Assembly: GCA_013265495.1 (NCBI GenBank)
Contig: MU058059.1
Span: forward strand, 4,131,502-4,195,501
Length of the DNA: 64,000 nucleotides
Direction of reading: 5' to 3'
From: Vicugna vicugna
Taxonomy: Eukaryota
Shown: piece by piece, positions 1-12,466 of the stretch
How the letters are laid out: every line of letters starts with the position of its first letter
How positions within the stretch are numbered: position 1 is the first letter of the stretch
Notes under the pieces: generated by a model
What the model was told of the DNA's origin: nothing
Databases searched by the model: none
What the model saw: the letters and a program-made list of their open reading frames with translations, nothing else
Made by a program: the position numbers and the translations under genes

Positions 1-308
1 GGTCTAAGGGCGTAACAGCAGTGCTGCAGCCCTCAGATGCACAAGCCTGCAATTCTGCAACGTCCGGCGATCCCAGTTTTGGTCAAGTCGATCTGGGTCA
101 ATCGGTTAAGGCATCGACCACCACCGTACACGTCTGATTGTCCCTCCGCGACAAGCAAGTACCCGGGGGCTTACACTGCTGCAGCGGCTCCTCCCGGCAC
201 CTCCTCACGTAACGCTTTCCGCTTGTGACGAGTCAAGTGTTTCATTAAGAGCTGGCAAGTGGCCATTTTCTAATTCTGTTATCCCTTCCCTTTTTCAATA
301 GCTGGTGC

Positions 309-327
309 CAGCCTGCAGGGGGCGCTC
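309..327 (+). promoter_or_regulatory. CTCF-like motif
   Basis: CAGCCTGCAGGGGGCGCTC versus consensus TGGCCACCAGGGGGCGCTA. Confidence 0.55.
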
Positions 328-597
328 CCCTCACTAGCTGCGAAGAGCCCAGCGCTCCTTCTGCAAAGTTCAGAGTAACCGCTGGGTCTGTACCCTCCAT
401 CCCCATGTTTACACTAAGGAGTGGGGGGTCACAGGCGTCTCTAACTGAAGCCAATCAGATGTCTCTCCCCCGCCCCCCACCCCAGACACACGCAGACACA
501 GACACACACACACCACGGCCTCCCGCATTTTTACTTTCACGCGTCTGTAGTCAGTCCGTTACTTCTGATGCTCAGTTTGTCCTTTGGCTGCCCTTGA

Positions 598-616
598 CAG
601 CGCCCTCTAGCGGACG
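598..616 (-). promoter_or_regulatory. CTCF-like motif
   Basis: Minus strand CGTCCGCTAGAGGGCGCTG is a near-consensus CTCF core. Confidence 0.6.
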
Positions 617-942
617 CTCTGACAAAGCGCTGTAACCCTCTGTCCTAAACAGCTCTTCCTGAGTCTTTTCCGCAGCTGAGACCACGGGTCTGTTCTTGGC
701 TACAGACAGCAGCTTCCCCTCCTCCCGCGTCCGGCAGCCCCTCCATCGGAAGAGACCCCCTGCTTGCATCGAGACTGTGTTGCCCCGCACCGTCAGGGCA
801 GGGACGGCTTCCACATCCCACAGACCTTCGCCCGACACAGCCCCTGGCACCAGGAAGCAGCCCTGTGGGCCTCGCAAGGGGGCCTCCCGAGGGCTCACAC
901 ATGATCTGGCCGAGTTGCTAAGTGTCCAGCGACCTCTCTTAC

Positions 943-1156
943 CTGGCATAGTAGTCGTTGGGGGGCACCGCCTCCTGGAAGAACTGGAACTGGTACAAAT
1001 AGAGTCCAATCAAGTGTCCCGCTGTGAAAATAGCCAGCAGAACGCAGAGGCAGCTGAACAGCAAGGGGTCGAACGTCCGGCACCAGGACCACCAAGTGCA
1101 CAGACCCAAAAACACGAAGAAGTAGACAGAGGAGGTCAGAGACGGCAGCATCATCC
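943..1156 (-). CDS. PIEZO2: PIEZO2 coding exon (human exon 7 equivalent), 214 nt
   Basis: Acceptor ...cccgcag|GG ATG ATG; donor GCC AG|gtaaga. Translates (G)MMLPSLTSSVYFFVFLGLCTWWSWCRTFDPLLFSCLCVLLAIFTAGHLIGLYLYQFQFFQEAVPPNDYYAR, matching PIEZO2 as I recall it. Confidence 0.98.
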
Positions 1157-2360
1157 CTGCGGGAGGGGGAGGGGAGCGACCGTGAAACGCTGCGGCGGAG
1201 GGAAGTCGTGCCCGCTCAGGAAACGACGCCTTGGGAGATTTGTCACTTTAGGGAAATGTCACCTCCATAGGCTTTTGGGTAAAACTGATCACATTTTATT
1301 TATCAAATCAGAAATAATCGTATTCTTATTGTGAAGAAAAGTTACACCTAAAGTGACGTTTGTCCACGTGGGAAAATACCAGCCGAGGAAGCAGTTCTGC
1401 CCGTGGTGTCCGAGCCCAGCAAACACTGACTTCCAGCCCAGGAGAATCCAGCCTGTTCCCTCGCCTGCTTCCCTCTCTCTGCTTCTCCCTCAGATTTTCA
1501 GGAGCGCTTGTGTGTCCATCCCAGCTTTCCCTGATACCAGCTCCTTTTATAACGATGTGCCTCTGTTTGGCTAACTAAGGCTCGTCGTAGTGTTACATTC
1601 AGTGGCAAAGGCTCACTAAACCTTGGTCCCGCCGGACGAGACCGGATTTGCACTATCACTAAAAGGGCAGCGGGAAACGGGTCATTTCTGTACAGGAACG
1701 TAACAACTTGGTGTGGGGGGAGCATTCTGAAATGATTCCTCCTTCAAGTAAGCAAGCTGCACTTCTGGGGAAATTCTAGTCTCTTTTCCATTTAAAAATG
1801 TTCCTATTGGAAAAGAGTTGTCTCATCTGGTGAAATTTCATTGATGTGGTGCGTTAGGAAGTTCACCGTGGCTCTGGAGCAACGGGGAGCAGTGTGCGGC
1901 AGGGACAGAGATGGAGGTAACGTTATTACAGAACGAGCCGCCTGCAGCCAACAGGGAGGAAGTACGTGTCTGTGCTGGGAGAGGGCAATCCACCCTGGAG
2001 AAAAAGAGCACACCCTGCGGAGCCAGATCAGGACGACTAGGACCCAGGGTGGCAGGCGTGCCTCAGAAAGCCCACGTGCAGCTCTGGGTGGACACACGAA
2101 AAGGATCCCCTGTTCTCAGGTGACCACTGACAGGCGCTGGGCAGGGCCCAGCTGCTTCCGAGCTGCATGCAGAAGTGACGCCACTTCACAGCTTCGGAAA
2201 AGACTATTTACAGAGACCATCCGAAAGCACAAAACCCAGGGCTGAGCAGGAGAAACTGTGTGTGCGGGGTTTGCACACGTGGCCAGGTTCACAGAAGCTA
2301 CGGTTAGCGCCTCGGTGCCACGAAATACAACTGCTTCCTCCTTTCGCAGGAGACGCTCAC

Positions 2361-2571
2361 CTGACGAGCCCAGCAGAATCGTCACCACCACCTTCCCCGC
2401 GGTGGTGATCATGTTGCCGATGAACTCCTTGAGCCTGGAGGCCAGCGAGGCCAGCCTGCGCAGCAGCTTCAGCCTGGTGCTTTCCTCCAGGTCGGCTGCA
2501 GCGCCGGCCCCCTCATCCAAGTCCTCTTCGTAGATCAGAGCCTCTTCTGAGTCTAGCTTCTCTCCTCCAGC
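2361..2571 (-). CDS. PIEZO2: PIEZO2 coding exon (human exon 6 equivalent), 211 nt
   Basis: Acceptor ttcgtttag|GCT; donor TCA G|gtgagc. Translates AGGEKLDSEEALIYEEDLDEGAGAAADLEESTRLKLLRRLASLASRLKEFIGNMITTAGKVVVTILLGSS(G). Phases fit both neighbouring exons. Confidence 0.98.
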
Positions 2572-2889
2572 CTAAACGAACAGAAGACAGAGAACGCTGC
2601 AGTCCGGAACTCCGCCTCCCCGCCCAGCAGATCCTACGGTTTGTGAGTTACGGGTCAACGAGGTGAATTTCACCAATCGGGAAAAAATGCAGACAACCAC
2701 TCAGCCACGGAAGCCTCCCAGGTCCCTGGTGGTCCCTGTGTAAACCCAAGGGGCTCTGATCTCTCCTGAAGGAGTAAACAGGAAGCAGCACTAATCACAG
2801 GGTCCCTGCCGGTGTCACCTCACCTCCACGAGCTCGGGTTTTACAGGCAGGAGAAACCGTCTGCCACATTATTAATAATCTCAGCTTTC

Positions 2890-3218
2890 ACACACACATA
2901 TATTCCTTTTCACATTCTTCGTCATCACAGGCCATTACGGGGCACTGAATAGAGTTCCCTGTGCTCTACGGGAGGACCCTGTTTATTTCATATACAGGAG
3001 TTTGTATCTGCAAATCCCGAACTCCCAGTTCACCCCTCCCCATCCCCTTCCCTGCCCCGGTAACCTAAGTTTGTCTTCTACGTCTGTGAGTCTGTCTCCA
3101 TTTTGTGAATAAGTTCATTTGTGTCTTTTTGTTTTTAAATTTATGTATAGCTGAATCACTAGGCTGTACACCAGAAATTAACACCATATTGTAAATCGAG
3201 TATACGTCCTCTAAAAAG
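2890..3218 (+). mobile_element. L1 3' UTR fragment (cetartiodactyl/camelid type) with 5' inversion
   Basis: 2890-~3135 is antisense L1 3'UTR (gtgagtctgtctccattttgtgaataagttcatttg). ~3142-3218 is the sense terminus (gctgaatcact...caccagaaattaacacc...gtaaatcgagtatac). Confidence 0.8.
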
Positions 3219-4084
3219 ATGTCCTAGCAAATTCACTTTCCTGTGATAAACAGATACTGTAATTAACCTTAATATAAATTTATACAAAAAACCTGTTTAC
3301 ATAAAATATAGCCTTAGCTTTCAGCAGCCTGGGTGCGGTTCTTCGAATTGGCAGAGTTTGCCCTGAAGGGGTGGGGGATTTGACGAACGTGCCCGCAGCT
3401 GCACCGGGAAGGATGGGCCTAGTCCGTTTAGGAAGTCCCTCTTCTTTCTGGAGTTTGTCTTTGTTCACTGTTTTAGTATTTCCTGCCCGTGGGCGGATGA
3501 GCGGTCCCGGCTACTCGGCTAAATCAACTGTCACCTCCCAGCTTGTCCTTCCAGAGAATCTGCAGCGGTCCAGTCACGGGGCGTTCAGGACCTCGGGACC
3601 GTCCAGAGGTTTAGGCGGCGGCACAGGGACAGACGCGTACTTCCATGGAGTCCTTTGCACTGGGGACACAATGGTGGGGTTTTCTTTGTGTTTTTTTAAA
3701 GGATACATAAGAATTTGGGGGCTAATGAAAATCCTTCCCTGGAAGGGTTAGGACTTTTTTTTTAAGTACTTACAAAAGTAAACCATCGCCTTAAGACAAA
3801 AGGAGCCTGTTTTAGAAAATGCCTGAGACTTGTTTGCATTCGCCCGGAGGCTGACTTCCTCCTGCCAGGACTGCAGCTGCCTGCAGGTCCAGAAGGGTCA
3901 TTGGGCCAGTTCTGACAACTATTTAAGGCTTGGAGGGTAGAGCCTGGCCCCTTCGTTTGCCCATTTTAAAGGCTTTTTCTTTTAAAATGTTTTTTTAATT
4001 GCATGGAAGATTCTTTAAATTCTATAGCGCTTTACAATTCTCGAAAGTGTCACACACATGATTTCATACAATCCCACAATAATC

Positions 4085-4465
4085 TTTGCTCCCCTCCCTC
4101 CACACACGGGTGACCACCAGCTTGTCCTCTGCATCTGCGTGTCTGCTTCTTTTCTGTCCTAGTCACTAGTTTGTTGTATTTTTTATATGCTGCATGGAAG
4201 CGATACGATACAGTATTTTCTTTCTCTAACTTATTTCACTTAGCATAATACCCTCAGGGGCCATCCATGTTGTCACAAATGGCAGGGTTTTCTTTTCTAT
4301 TGCTGAATAATAGTCCACTGTATGTATATTACCACAACTTCTTTATCCATTCATCCACCCACAGACACTGAGGTTACTTCCGTAACTTGGCAATTGTAAA
4401 TCATGCTGCTATGAACATGGGGGTGCACGTGTCTTTTCAGATTAGTGTATTGTTTTTTCAGATCT
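4085..4465 (-). mobile_element. L1 ORF2-end/3'UTR fragment
   Basis: Antisense motifs cttatttcacttagcataat, ccatccatgttgtcacaaatggcagg, ctttatccattcatcc, gctgctatgaacatggggg. Confidence 0.85.
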
Positions 4466-4710
4466 GTATAAACATTCGTTCTTGATACACTTAGTTCAGA
4501 TATTACACAATATTCACCGGTGCTGCCTGCAGCCCCCTCCGTGCCCCTGCTGCCTGGAGGAGGGCAGACACAAGGGGGCTGGTGCACAGCCAGTGAGAGC
4601 CGACGGACCCAGACCCAGGGCCCTGCTGCTTGCCGGGATGGGTTCAGACCACTCGTGACTAATGTTGTCTGCTCATGAAGCCAGGTCTGCAGGATGCATC
4701 TGCACCCCTG

Positions 4711-4769
4711 CACACACGCCTACACACAGACACCTCCACACACACATACAAACACACACACATACACAC
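4711..4769. repeat. Imperfect (CA)n microsatellite
   Basis: Directly visible. Confidence 0.85.
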
Positions 4770-5049
4770 GGATTCAATTTCCGGGCTGCTCAAGCCTAAA
4801 CACCCAGGCTGGGTTTGGGACCCCACTATGTTCCGCTGCAGCACATTTGCACTTTTTCTAGGAGGAGAAAGAAGCCTCAGGCTTATTCCTTAAAGCTCTC
4901 CTCCCTGTTCGGCCCTTACATCCCAGCATCACTGTAGGAGGCCGAGCAGGCAGGCGCAGCCGGACGAACGAGGGTCTCCCGGGAACACACGGCGCTCAGA
5001 GGCCGCAACAGGTGGACGTGGCTGTGAATGACGGGCTGGCTGCTTCAGA

Positions 5050-5190
5050 TTCTGAGGTCCGGGAGGGCCTCTCTGAGGAGGTGACACTTAAGCTGAGATC
5101 TGAAGGCCACAGAGTCACCCGCCGTGTGGAAATCCCAGGCCCGAGCCTTCCAGGTGGCGGGAGGGCTGGTGGGGCCTTCGGGGCGTGTGC
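5050..5190 (-). mobile_element. L2 fragment
   Basis: gggagggcctctctgaggaggtgacacttaagctgagatctgaagg is a typical antisense L2 motif. Confidence 0.65.
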
Positions 5191-8100
5191 AGAAGGAAGG
5201 CGGAGTCCCAACCCGGCCCGCTCCACTCCCCCATCCTCCTCCCGTCCTGTGGCGGCAGTCAGGCCGCCCGCCGTGCTGCCCCGCTGTCTGCATGCGCCCC
5301 CTCCTGGCCACGCCGTCCAGGCTCGCTCAGCGCGCCCCTCCCGACCCCGCCCAGAGCGGCCCACTTCCCTGATGACTGCTCACCGCTCCTGAAGCCGCCC
5401 TAACAGGATGCCCCTCCACCCAGTGACGGGAACCAGGGGACCTGACCCCAGGGTGGTTCCAGGGGAGCCCGCATGGTGTAGGGGTGGGCGGGAGTGGAGC
5501 CCAAGAGGGCTCACACCTTGGCTGTCTGTCCTGGACGTGAGTCAGGGCCGGCGGTAAACGTCCCGGGGAGGGCGGAGGCGGGGGAGGACCTGAGGCACGG
5601 CCCACCCTGCCGTCTCTGTGGAAGAGATCAGCACACCCAGGAGCAGAGCAGGCTGGGGAATCTCGCTCTGAGACAGAGGTGCCACGGGGCAGGCGGTACA
5701 GGAATCTGGAGTGTGGGAACAGTGGGAACTGGACAGGTCTGCCTGGGGCTCACCGCCTTGTGCACGGCTGTCAAAGTCAGGGTCCTCGGGTTACCTGAGG
5801 AGGACACAGACATGCACACCTGCGGCCAGTCCGTCTCTCCACCCGTCCCTTCATTGCTTCTCCCAGAAACGTCACACACAGAGAACCACGGGGAGAACCC
5901 AGAATCCGCAGGCTCTTTGCCTTGGGATGTGCTGTTCCCACCCCCTGGGGCCCCATTTGCAGGGTCAAAGGCCCCATCTCCCAGGCCAGCCTTCCCCTAG
6001 CCTTCTCCATCTTCCCAGAGCTGAGAGGCTATGGAGACCGATGCAGTGACGCTGTCGCTATGACACTGACACGCCATACACACGCAACATCTGTCCCTGA
6101 ATGTCCCCCACACAACAGGTGAGCGACTCATTAAAGACCCTCCTCGAGGAAGGAAGTGCGTCGGAAACCCGCAGTCACCGCACTTGTAAAAGGAGACACA
6201 GAACACAGCCAGAGCTGCTGGGGCCGCAGTCGGAAACACACTCCTCCCCACGTTTGTAAGAAACAACTTATTGCTCAGTCACGGAATTGCTACAGATGCA
6301 GATTAAATCAAGTGCAGATTTCTGGTCAAGAACCTTCGTGACGCTGGACAAATACGTCTCCCTGACCTCTCGGGCGGCACTGGGGCCCCAGTGACTTTTA
6401 CAAACATGCCGCTGTACTTGAGGTTTTCCAGCATTTCTGGACCGGAATCCTTGGGGCCCTCGGTTGGAAACACTTTCTAAAGCTGCCAGGCGGAGACAGG
6501 GCTGGAAGGGAGCCCCTACCGGCCAGGCCGGGGCCCGAGCTGCCATTAGTCACGTCAGGCTGGCGTGGTAACAGGCTGGCTGTCTCCCCAGAGCCATCCA
6601 CCTGGTGAGGGTACACACCCTCCGCTCGCTCTGACGCATTCACCAACATGCAGCCTCGGTTGCTGGAGTTGCCATCTGTCCCCCACTGGGTCGCACCGGA
6701 CTCCGGCCTGGAGCTAAGAGGGAGCAGCTGGGAACGAAGTCTTACTCCCCTGCTTCCTGGACTCTCTTAGAAACTGAAGACAAAGAGGCCATTTACAGCT
6801 TAAAACGCCAACTGAACCGGTTCCGCATCAGTATTGCCCATGGCAAAGTCAACAACACATCTGAAGAAATGCAGTTGCTTCCAGTCACCTTCCCAAGAAG
6901 CCCCTGACTTCAAGATGCACCAGATGAGCCGGGGCAGCCTCTCCTCTCCCGAGGGGAAGCTCTAAGTGCCACAGAGTCAACCGAGGGTGAGGTCTCACGG
7001 TCCCCGAGCCTGGATGTCACCCCACAGCTGCCTCTCGCCCTGCAGCCCTCCAACACTCACAGCACTGGCTGTGGTCCCACCCAGTTCCAGACAGGGGAGA
7101 CACCACAAATTACTCTCTGTAGAACCCCGACATCCATGTTTCCTTATCCCCAAGTCCTGAAAGACTCAACCTAGGCTGAAATAAATCCCAAGGATCCCCT
7201 GGGAATCTGTAAGAGGCCAGATTACAAGCACCACCTCGAACTTCTTCAGTCCAAAACTCTGGAAATGAATCCCAGGAATCTGCACGTTTACAGAGCTGCC
7301 GTGGTTCCAGAGCAGTTCGCCTAGAACCCCCGCCCTCGCCGACACCTGCAGCCACGGACTGACTGGCTGGACGCTCAGTGGGCGAGGCAGAACTGGGAAT
7401 ATTTTGTTTGAATCCTGCCTGGAGCTGACTCCCATAACTGGAAAGCAGAAGTAATTCATCTGTGGAACCTCCTTCAGATGTCAGCCAAGCTCCAGACATG
7501 AGACCAGGGCTTTTCATGCAGTGGAATCTAGCTTCCTCTTCCTGCGGTTAAAGCCAAGCTGCTGCAAACATCTGGATGAGAGCGACACAAAGTCACAGAC
7601 AAGGAGCCAAAAGATCCGAGAGGCAAAGGGAGCATCTTTCCAAAATGTCACGAGAGGTTTATTCCTTGTTTATTATCGAAAGCTAACAGTTTATCCTAAC
7701 GGAGTGGGTGCACCTCAACAGAAGAACCCAAGGAAGGACAGGCCAAGCGCTGTGAGCCATTGCAGAAGACAGGCAAGTCACCTCCACAGTGTCCCCAAGG
7801 AAGCAAGCAGCGAGGGACAGGACGGGGGACTGGCTTGCATCGTCACGTGTGTCACGGGAGCCTAGCGTGACAACGTCGTGCAGAAAGAGCAAAGGTGTCA
7901 TTCTGTTGCTATGCTTGTTTCAGGAAGGTTACTTTTTAACATAAAGGCAGTTAAATCGCCCCCTGTTCCACTTGGAAAAGCGAGCATATAGACATATGCT
8001 TTCAAGTACCTCCTGCAGAGGAGTAAAAGCTTAGTCAAGGGCAGCAAAGACAAACTGAGCCAGCAGGCAGCCAACCACCGGTGCGTTAGCCAGGACCGCG

Positions 8101-10584
8101 GACCGGTGGAGCTGTGACAGAACCAGTCCTGGGGCCACTGCCCCCCCCCCCGCCTCCCAGAGATTCCGCCTGAACTGGCCTGGGGTGACAAACTTCCCAG
8201 GTCAAAGGCAGCTCAAGACGGTGGGGTAGGAAGAGCCCGAGCTCACCTCCGCCCTCGGACACAAGTGTGCGGGTGGATCGGTCCTCCTGGAAAAGAACCT
8301 GAGAGCTGCTGAACACCTGCTCCACGACAAGGGACAGGGGCAGGGAGGCAGAGGGGTGCTCTCGCCCCAACACGCCCCCCGCCCCACAGCACGACCACAC
8401 GACAGGGAGGGGTCGCCGGATGTGAGCTTCTCCTGGGGGCCCCACATCAGGAGGTGTAAGGGCTGCAGGCCGGCGGGGCGGCCGGCCAGCCTCCTCCCAC
8501 CCGGACGGTCCTGTGTTGCAGACGACCCTGTCTGTGTGCGTGACAGCCAGGATCAGAAGGCGCAAAGCAGGTGACTCTGCATTAACCTCAGGTGGGAACC
8601 GAGCGACACCTAATTAGAAGGTGACGGTAAAAGGAGATTGATTTCTCCCGTTCTTTGTTTCCTGCTCTTGAAAAAAATATAGCAACTCGAATCTCAAAGC
8701 TCACACCTGAAGCACAGCCCAGCGGACCACCTTCCATGCCAAATGCAGATGCCATGGTGGCCGGCCGGACGTTCCGTGTTAGAAAGGCGGGTGCAGATCT
8801 GCGGTGCAGAAGGAATTTCCAAGCAACGTCAGTGGGCTCTGAATGCTGCCTCCCTGCGCGTGCAACGGATGGGGGATGACTTACACTGGAATGTTCTCTA
8901 GTGCCTTCCCATGTTTGATTGGCAGACCTTCTAGAAGATGCCTCTTCAAGTGGACAAAGTCGAGACTAAAATTCCTCTTTGAACAAACATTTAATTTTTC
9001 AGAAATTTGGTTTAATAACATATTAAACTACTACTTGCTTCAAAAAAATTAGGCCTGGCATCTCATTAAGTAGCTAGAAAGAGCTGGAAGTATATAAAAA
9101 CACAGACACCATCAGCTTGGTGAAATGACTGATGTGACTGGTGTTTTATGGCAGATGACCTTCCTGCACGATTCAATGCTCATAACACAACCTGTTTTTG
9201 TTTTTTTTTTAAAGACTTAAGAACAGGAATCTTTCTCCCAGCTACGGTTTGTGGATGTGCTTCTGAACTGAAATGAACAAATAAACAAGCCCAGAGATGC
9301 GTCAGCTGAAAGAGAACCTTCCAGGGCACCCGAGGACTTAGCTCCCGGCTGAGGTCTGCTCCCTGTGGAAGGACAGGACAGGCGCGGTCTCCCGCCCACG
9401 TCCCCGGGGGCCTCCCAGGGGAGCCCTCGGATCTGTGATGCCCTTCGAAACAGCAAGAAGTCCATGCAGACGACGGGAGAGTCCTGGGTCTTCCTCAGGG
9501 ATTAACTGCTACTCTGAAACAATGCTGGATTTGAAAAGGAACTCTCCCCGGCACCAGTGGATTGATTAATCCGCCGCTTCTCCACTGGGATAAAATGAAA
9601 CAGCAGCAAACCTTGCCCTTTCAAAGGTTCCTCGGAAACCATGCAATCTGGGCCGCAGACGCCGGGATTTACGGGCCACGGGAAGTAGGCCGGGGACTTC
9701 AAAATAAACTCAGTTCTCCTGCTTATTTTGGCCGTGAACTTCTCCTCTTTTCAGACTCCAGCCAGACTGTCCCCATGTTAGAAGTATCTCCAGGTGATTC
9801 ATCTCAGGGGATCTGCCCTGAGATCTGGGGGCCGGAACAGACTGAAGAATGGAAACTATCATCCAAATTACGACCAAACAAGTGAACCGAGAGAGACACC
9901 AGCCTCATAACGATGATACTCAGTACTTTCAAAGCCACCAGGAACTCATGTTGACAGTCTCTCTTCCTCTGTTTGTTACGGTTCAATAAAGTCATAAACA
10001 ACATGTGGGGCACAGGTATTTAAACAAATTTCAAATGGGAGGGAGGTGCCCTGAGTCTGCCTCGGAGCGCTGAGTGGGACCGGGGAGGAAACACGATTCC
10101 AGAGTTAGGCAAGGACTCCACGTCTCTTCCTCAGCAGATGTGCGCCCTTAACCAAAACCTAACACCCCTCACCGTCCGCTTTCTCCCAGTTTTACAGCAA
10201 AAGAGCGTTTGTCCTTGGAGACAGGGAGCTCAGTAATCCATGAGGGAGCCGTGGCTGTCTGTTCCCAGCAACACGGCAGGGGCTCTTGTACCGGGTGGGC
10301 TGGCCTCAAACATACCCCCCTCAGTCAACTTCCATCATTCTCAGAGGACCCGGAATCTGACATTGTCACGACTGTGCGGCTGCCTCTCAGACTGGAGGAG
10401 GGACAAGTGAGGCAAGCGGGGCCCTTTATCAAGCAGGCACCGCCCTGCGGGTTCGCCTCTGATGCTCCATTCAGTCCTCCCAGCAGTCTCCACTTTGCAG
10501 AAGAAGAACGAGAAGGAACAATGTTCCCAACGTCACACAGTCACCTCAGGTGGCTTCCAAGTCCAACTTCAGAGTCCACTCGGA

Positions 10585-10970
10585 GAAGGAAAAGCCGGGC
10601 TGGGCTAACAAGGTAACTCACAAATCTAAGTGTCATAAGTTCTGCCGGGCTAACTCGTAAATCTGAAGTTTAGTGTCAGTTTACTGGGCTAACAAGCTAA
10701 CTCGTAGATCCAAGCTCAACAAGTGTCAGTAACGTGATCTGTTCCTACTAGACAAGCCCCAGTGTGCTGACTCCCTGCTTTTGCTGTTCGGGCCTTATTG
10801 GCTAATAGCCCCATGCTTGTAATTAACCCTATAAAACCCCATGCACACATCTTGGAGGTGCTCAGAGCTTCGGAGCAGAAGCCCCACTGAGCCCGCCGGC
10901 GTAATACATCTGAGTGCTCCAACCCTCCGAGTGGTGCTTGTTTCTTGGCTGGCCTGTCATTTCCGAAACA
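10585..10970 (+). mobile_element. ERV solo LTR (probably ERV1 class); 5' boundary uncertain
   Basis: U3-like tandem repeats 10600-10730, ATTGG 10797-10801, TATAAAA 10830-10836, degenerate polyA signal AATACA 10903-10908, U5-like pyrimidine-rich segment ending in ...gaaaCA at 10970. Confidence 0.65.
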
Positions 10971-12466
10971 ACTCCACTTCCAATAAAGTTCTTTTACCCT
11001 GCCTCTACAGTGAGGGTAACTGAAAATCAACCTTGCTCTTATAAATAGTAATAATGGAAAACCCTAAATAATAATAATGAAGGGTAATAATAATGGGAAA
11101 TCCTAAGCTTGAGTTAATGGGTTTATTTTCACCGAACTCAGTTTCTGATCATTTAAGCCAGGTGATTTTCAAAACTGTAAACACTGTAAGATAAAAGTCA
11201 AATGCAAAACTGGAGATTACAGTTCAAATTTTCTGTCTTAAAAGTGTGAAGTTAACAAGCAGCAGCAGCGCCATCACAGCCTGCTCTGGTTTCAGGGCCC
11301 AACAAGTGCGTTGCGGCTTGCAAGCTTGGCATCGTGCTGCAATCTGCTCTACCCCAAGGAGCTTTTCAACGTTTGCCTTTAAAACAGCAGTGTCGATGTT
11401 GGACGTGCTTGTGCGTCTTCTCCCCACAGGATTTCGGGGGATCGTATCACCTCTAGTCTGCAGTGGCTTTTACTGAATTATCCACCCCCCTTCCTTGCTG
11501 TGCTTCTAATGAGAACACGAGGCAGCGTGCTGCTTCTCTGTGAAGCTCCTGCACCATTTGCCACAACTGAGACCTTTCTTCCTTTGATGCCCTCCTGGTT
11601 ACCAACCGCAATGTAAGTAATTTTGAGTAACTTCAGTTTTACAGGTTGAACTTCTTGCCAAAGCTTGTGAATGAAGCAACTGGTCATTGTAAGTGTCTTG
11701 TGACAAACGTCCAAATGCAGTCTCTTCATGAACTGTTTTCCTTGTAAATTTTGTTTGTCAATTACCAAGTCAATTACTTTTTAAATCAATGTCACCTAGA
11801 CTCACCTGACAAAGTGCAGGTATCAGAACAGACAGGTCAGGGACAGAGTGACAGCTGCTCACGGGTCCCACTCACCACGGAGCGAGAGCTGACGTGACCC
11901 CCATCCAGCTAAAGACATAGCTAAACGTTCGCACCCCCTTGCTCATGAGTTTTAACTTTTTCAGTTCTTACACTTGTCCAAATGCATACATACTTTTCTC
12001 TGGAGGGCTTTAAAACACCTCGACGGAAGCACACAGACTTAACACTCTCCACTCGGGACAGACAGCACAGTGCACAGACTGGAAGCTTCTATCAAGGTGG
12101 AATTCACTTTTTTCTCCTACAACAAGCAGATGTGACTGCTCTAAAGACGCTGCAGTCACCAAGGCTTCCAGACCAATGAGCTGTGCACCACCAGTCTGAA
12201 CGCTCACCCCCCTGAGGTAAGAGCAGGGGGCAGGGACGAGACCTGGGTCCAGCCCCGACCTCAGGGGACCACATCTCTCACGTTCCCACTGTGCCCGCCT
12301 GTGGTGAGAACGTGGTGCGACATGGCGTAAGCAGAGTAACCGTGGGCACCGAGGCCAAGCATAGCGGAGCAGGAAGAGCTGTGTGAATCTCACTGTCACA
12401 CTGTCGCCACCTGCCCGGTCAGGGCCCCAGAAATCAAAGAAGGCAGAGGGGCAGGGTCAGATTTAC

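Noticed and set aside
696..1334. 212-aa plus-strand ORF overlapping exon 7
   Set aside because: Antisense shadow of a GC-rich coding exon; starts at TTG and has no recognisable domain.
10600..10730. CRISPR-like repeat-spacer array
   Set aside because: Mammalian context, only three degenerate units with related spacers, located in an LTR U3 region; no cas genes.
11045..11106. Short duplication taataatggaaaaccctaa / taataatgggaaatcctaa
   Set aside because: Small AT-rich local duplication with no evidence of function.
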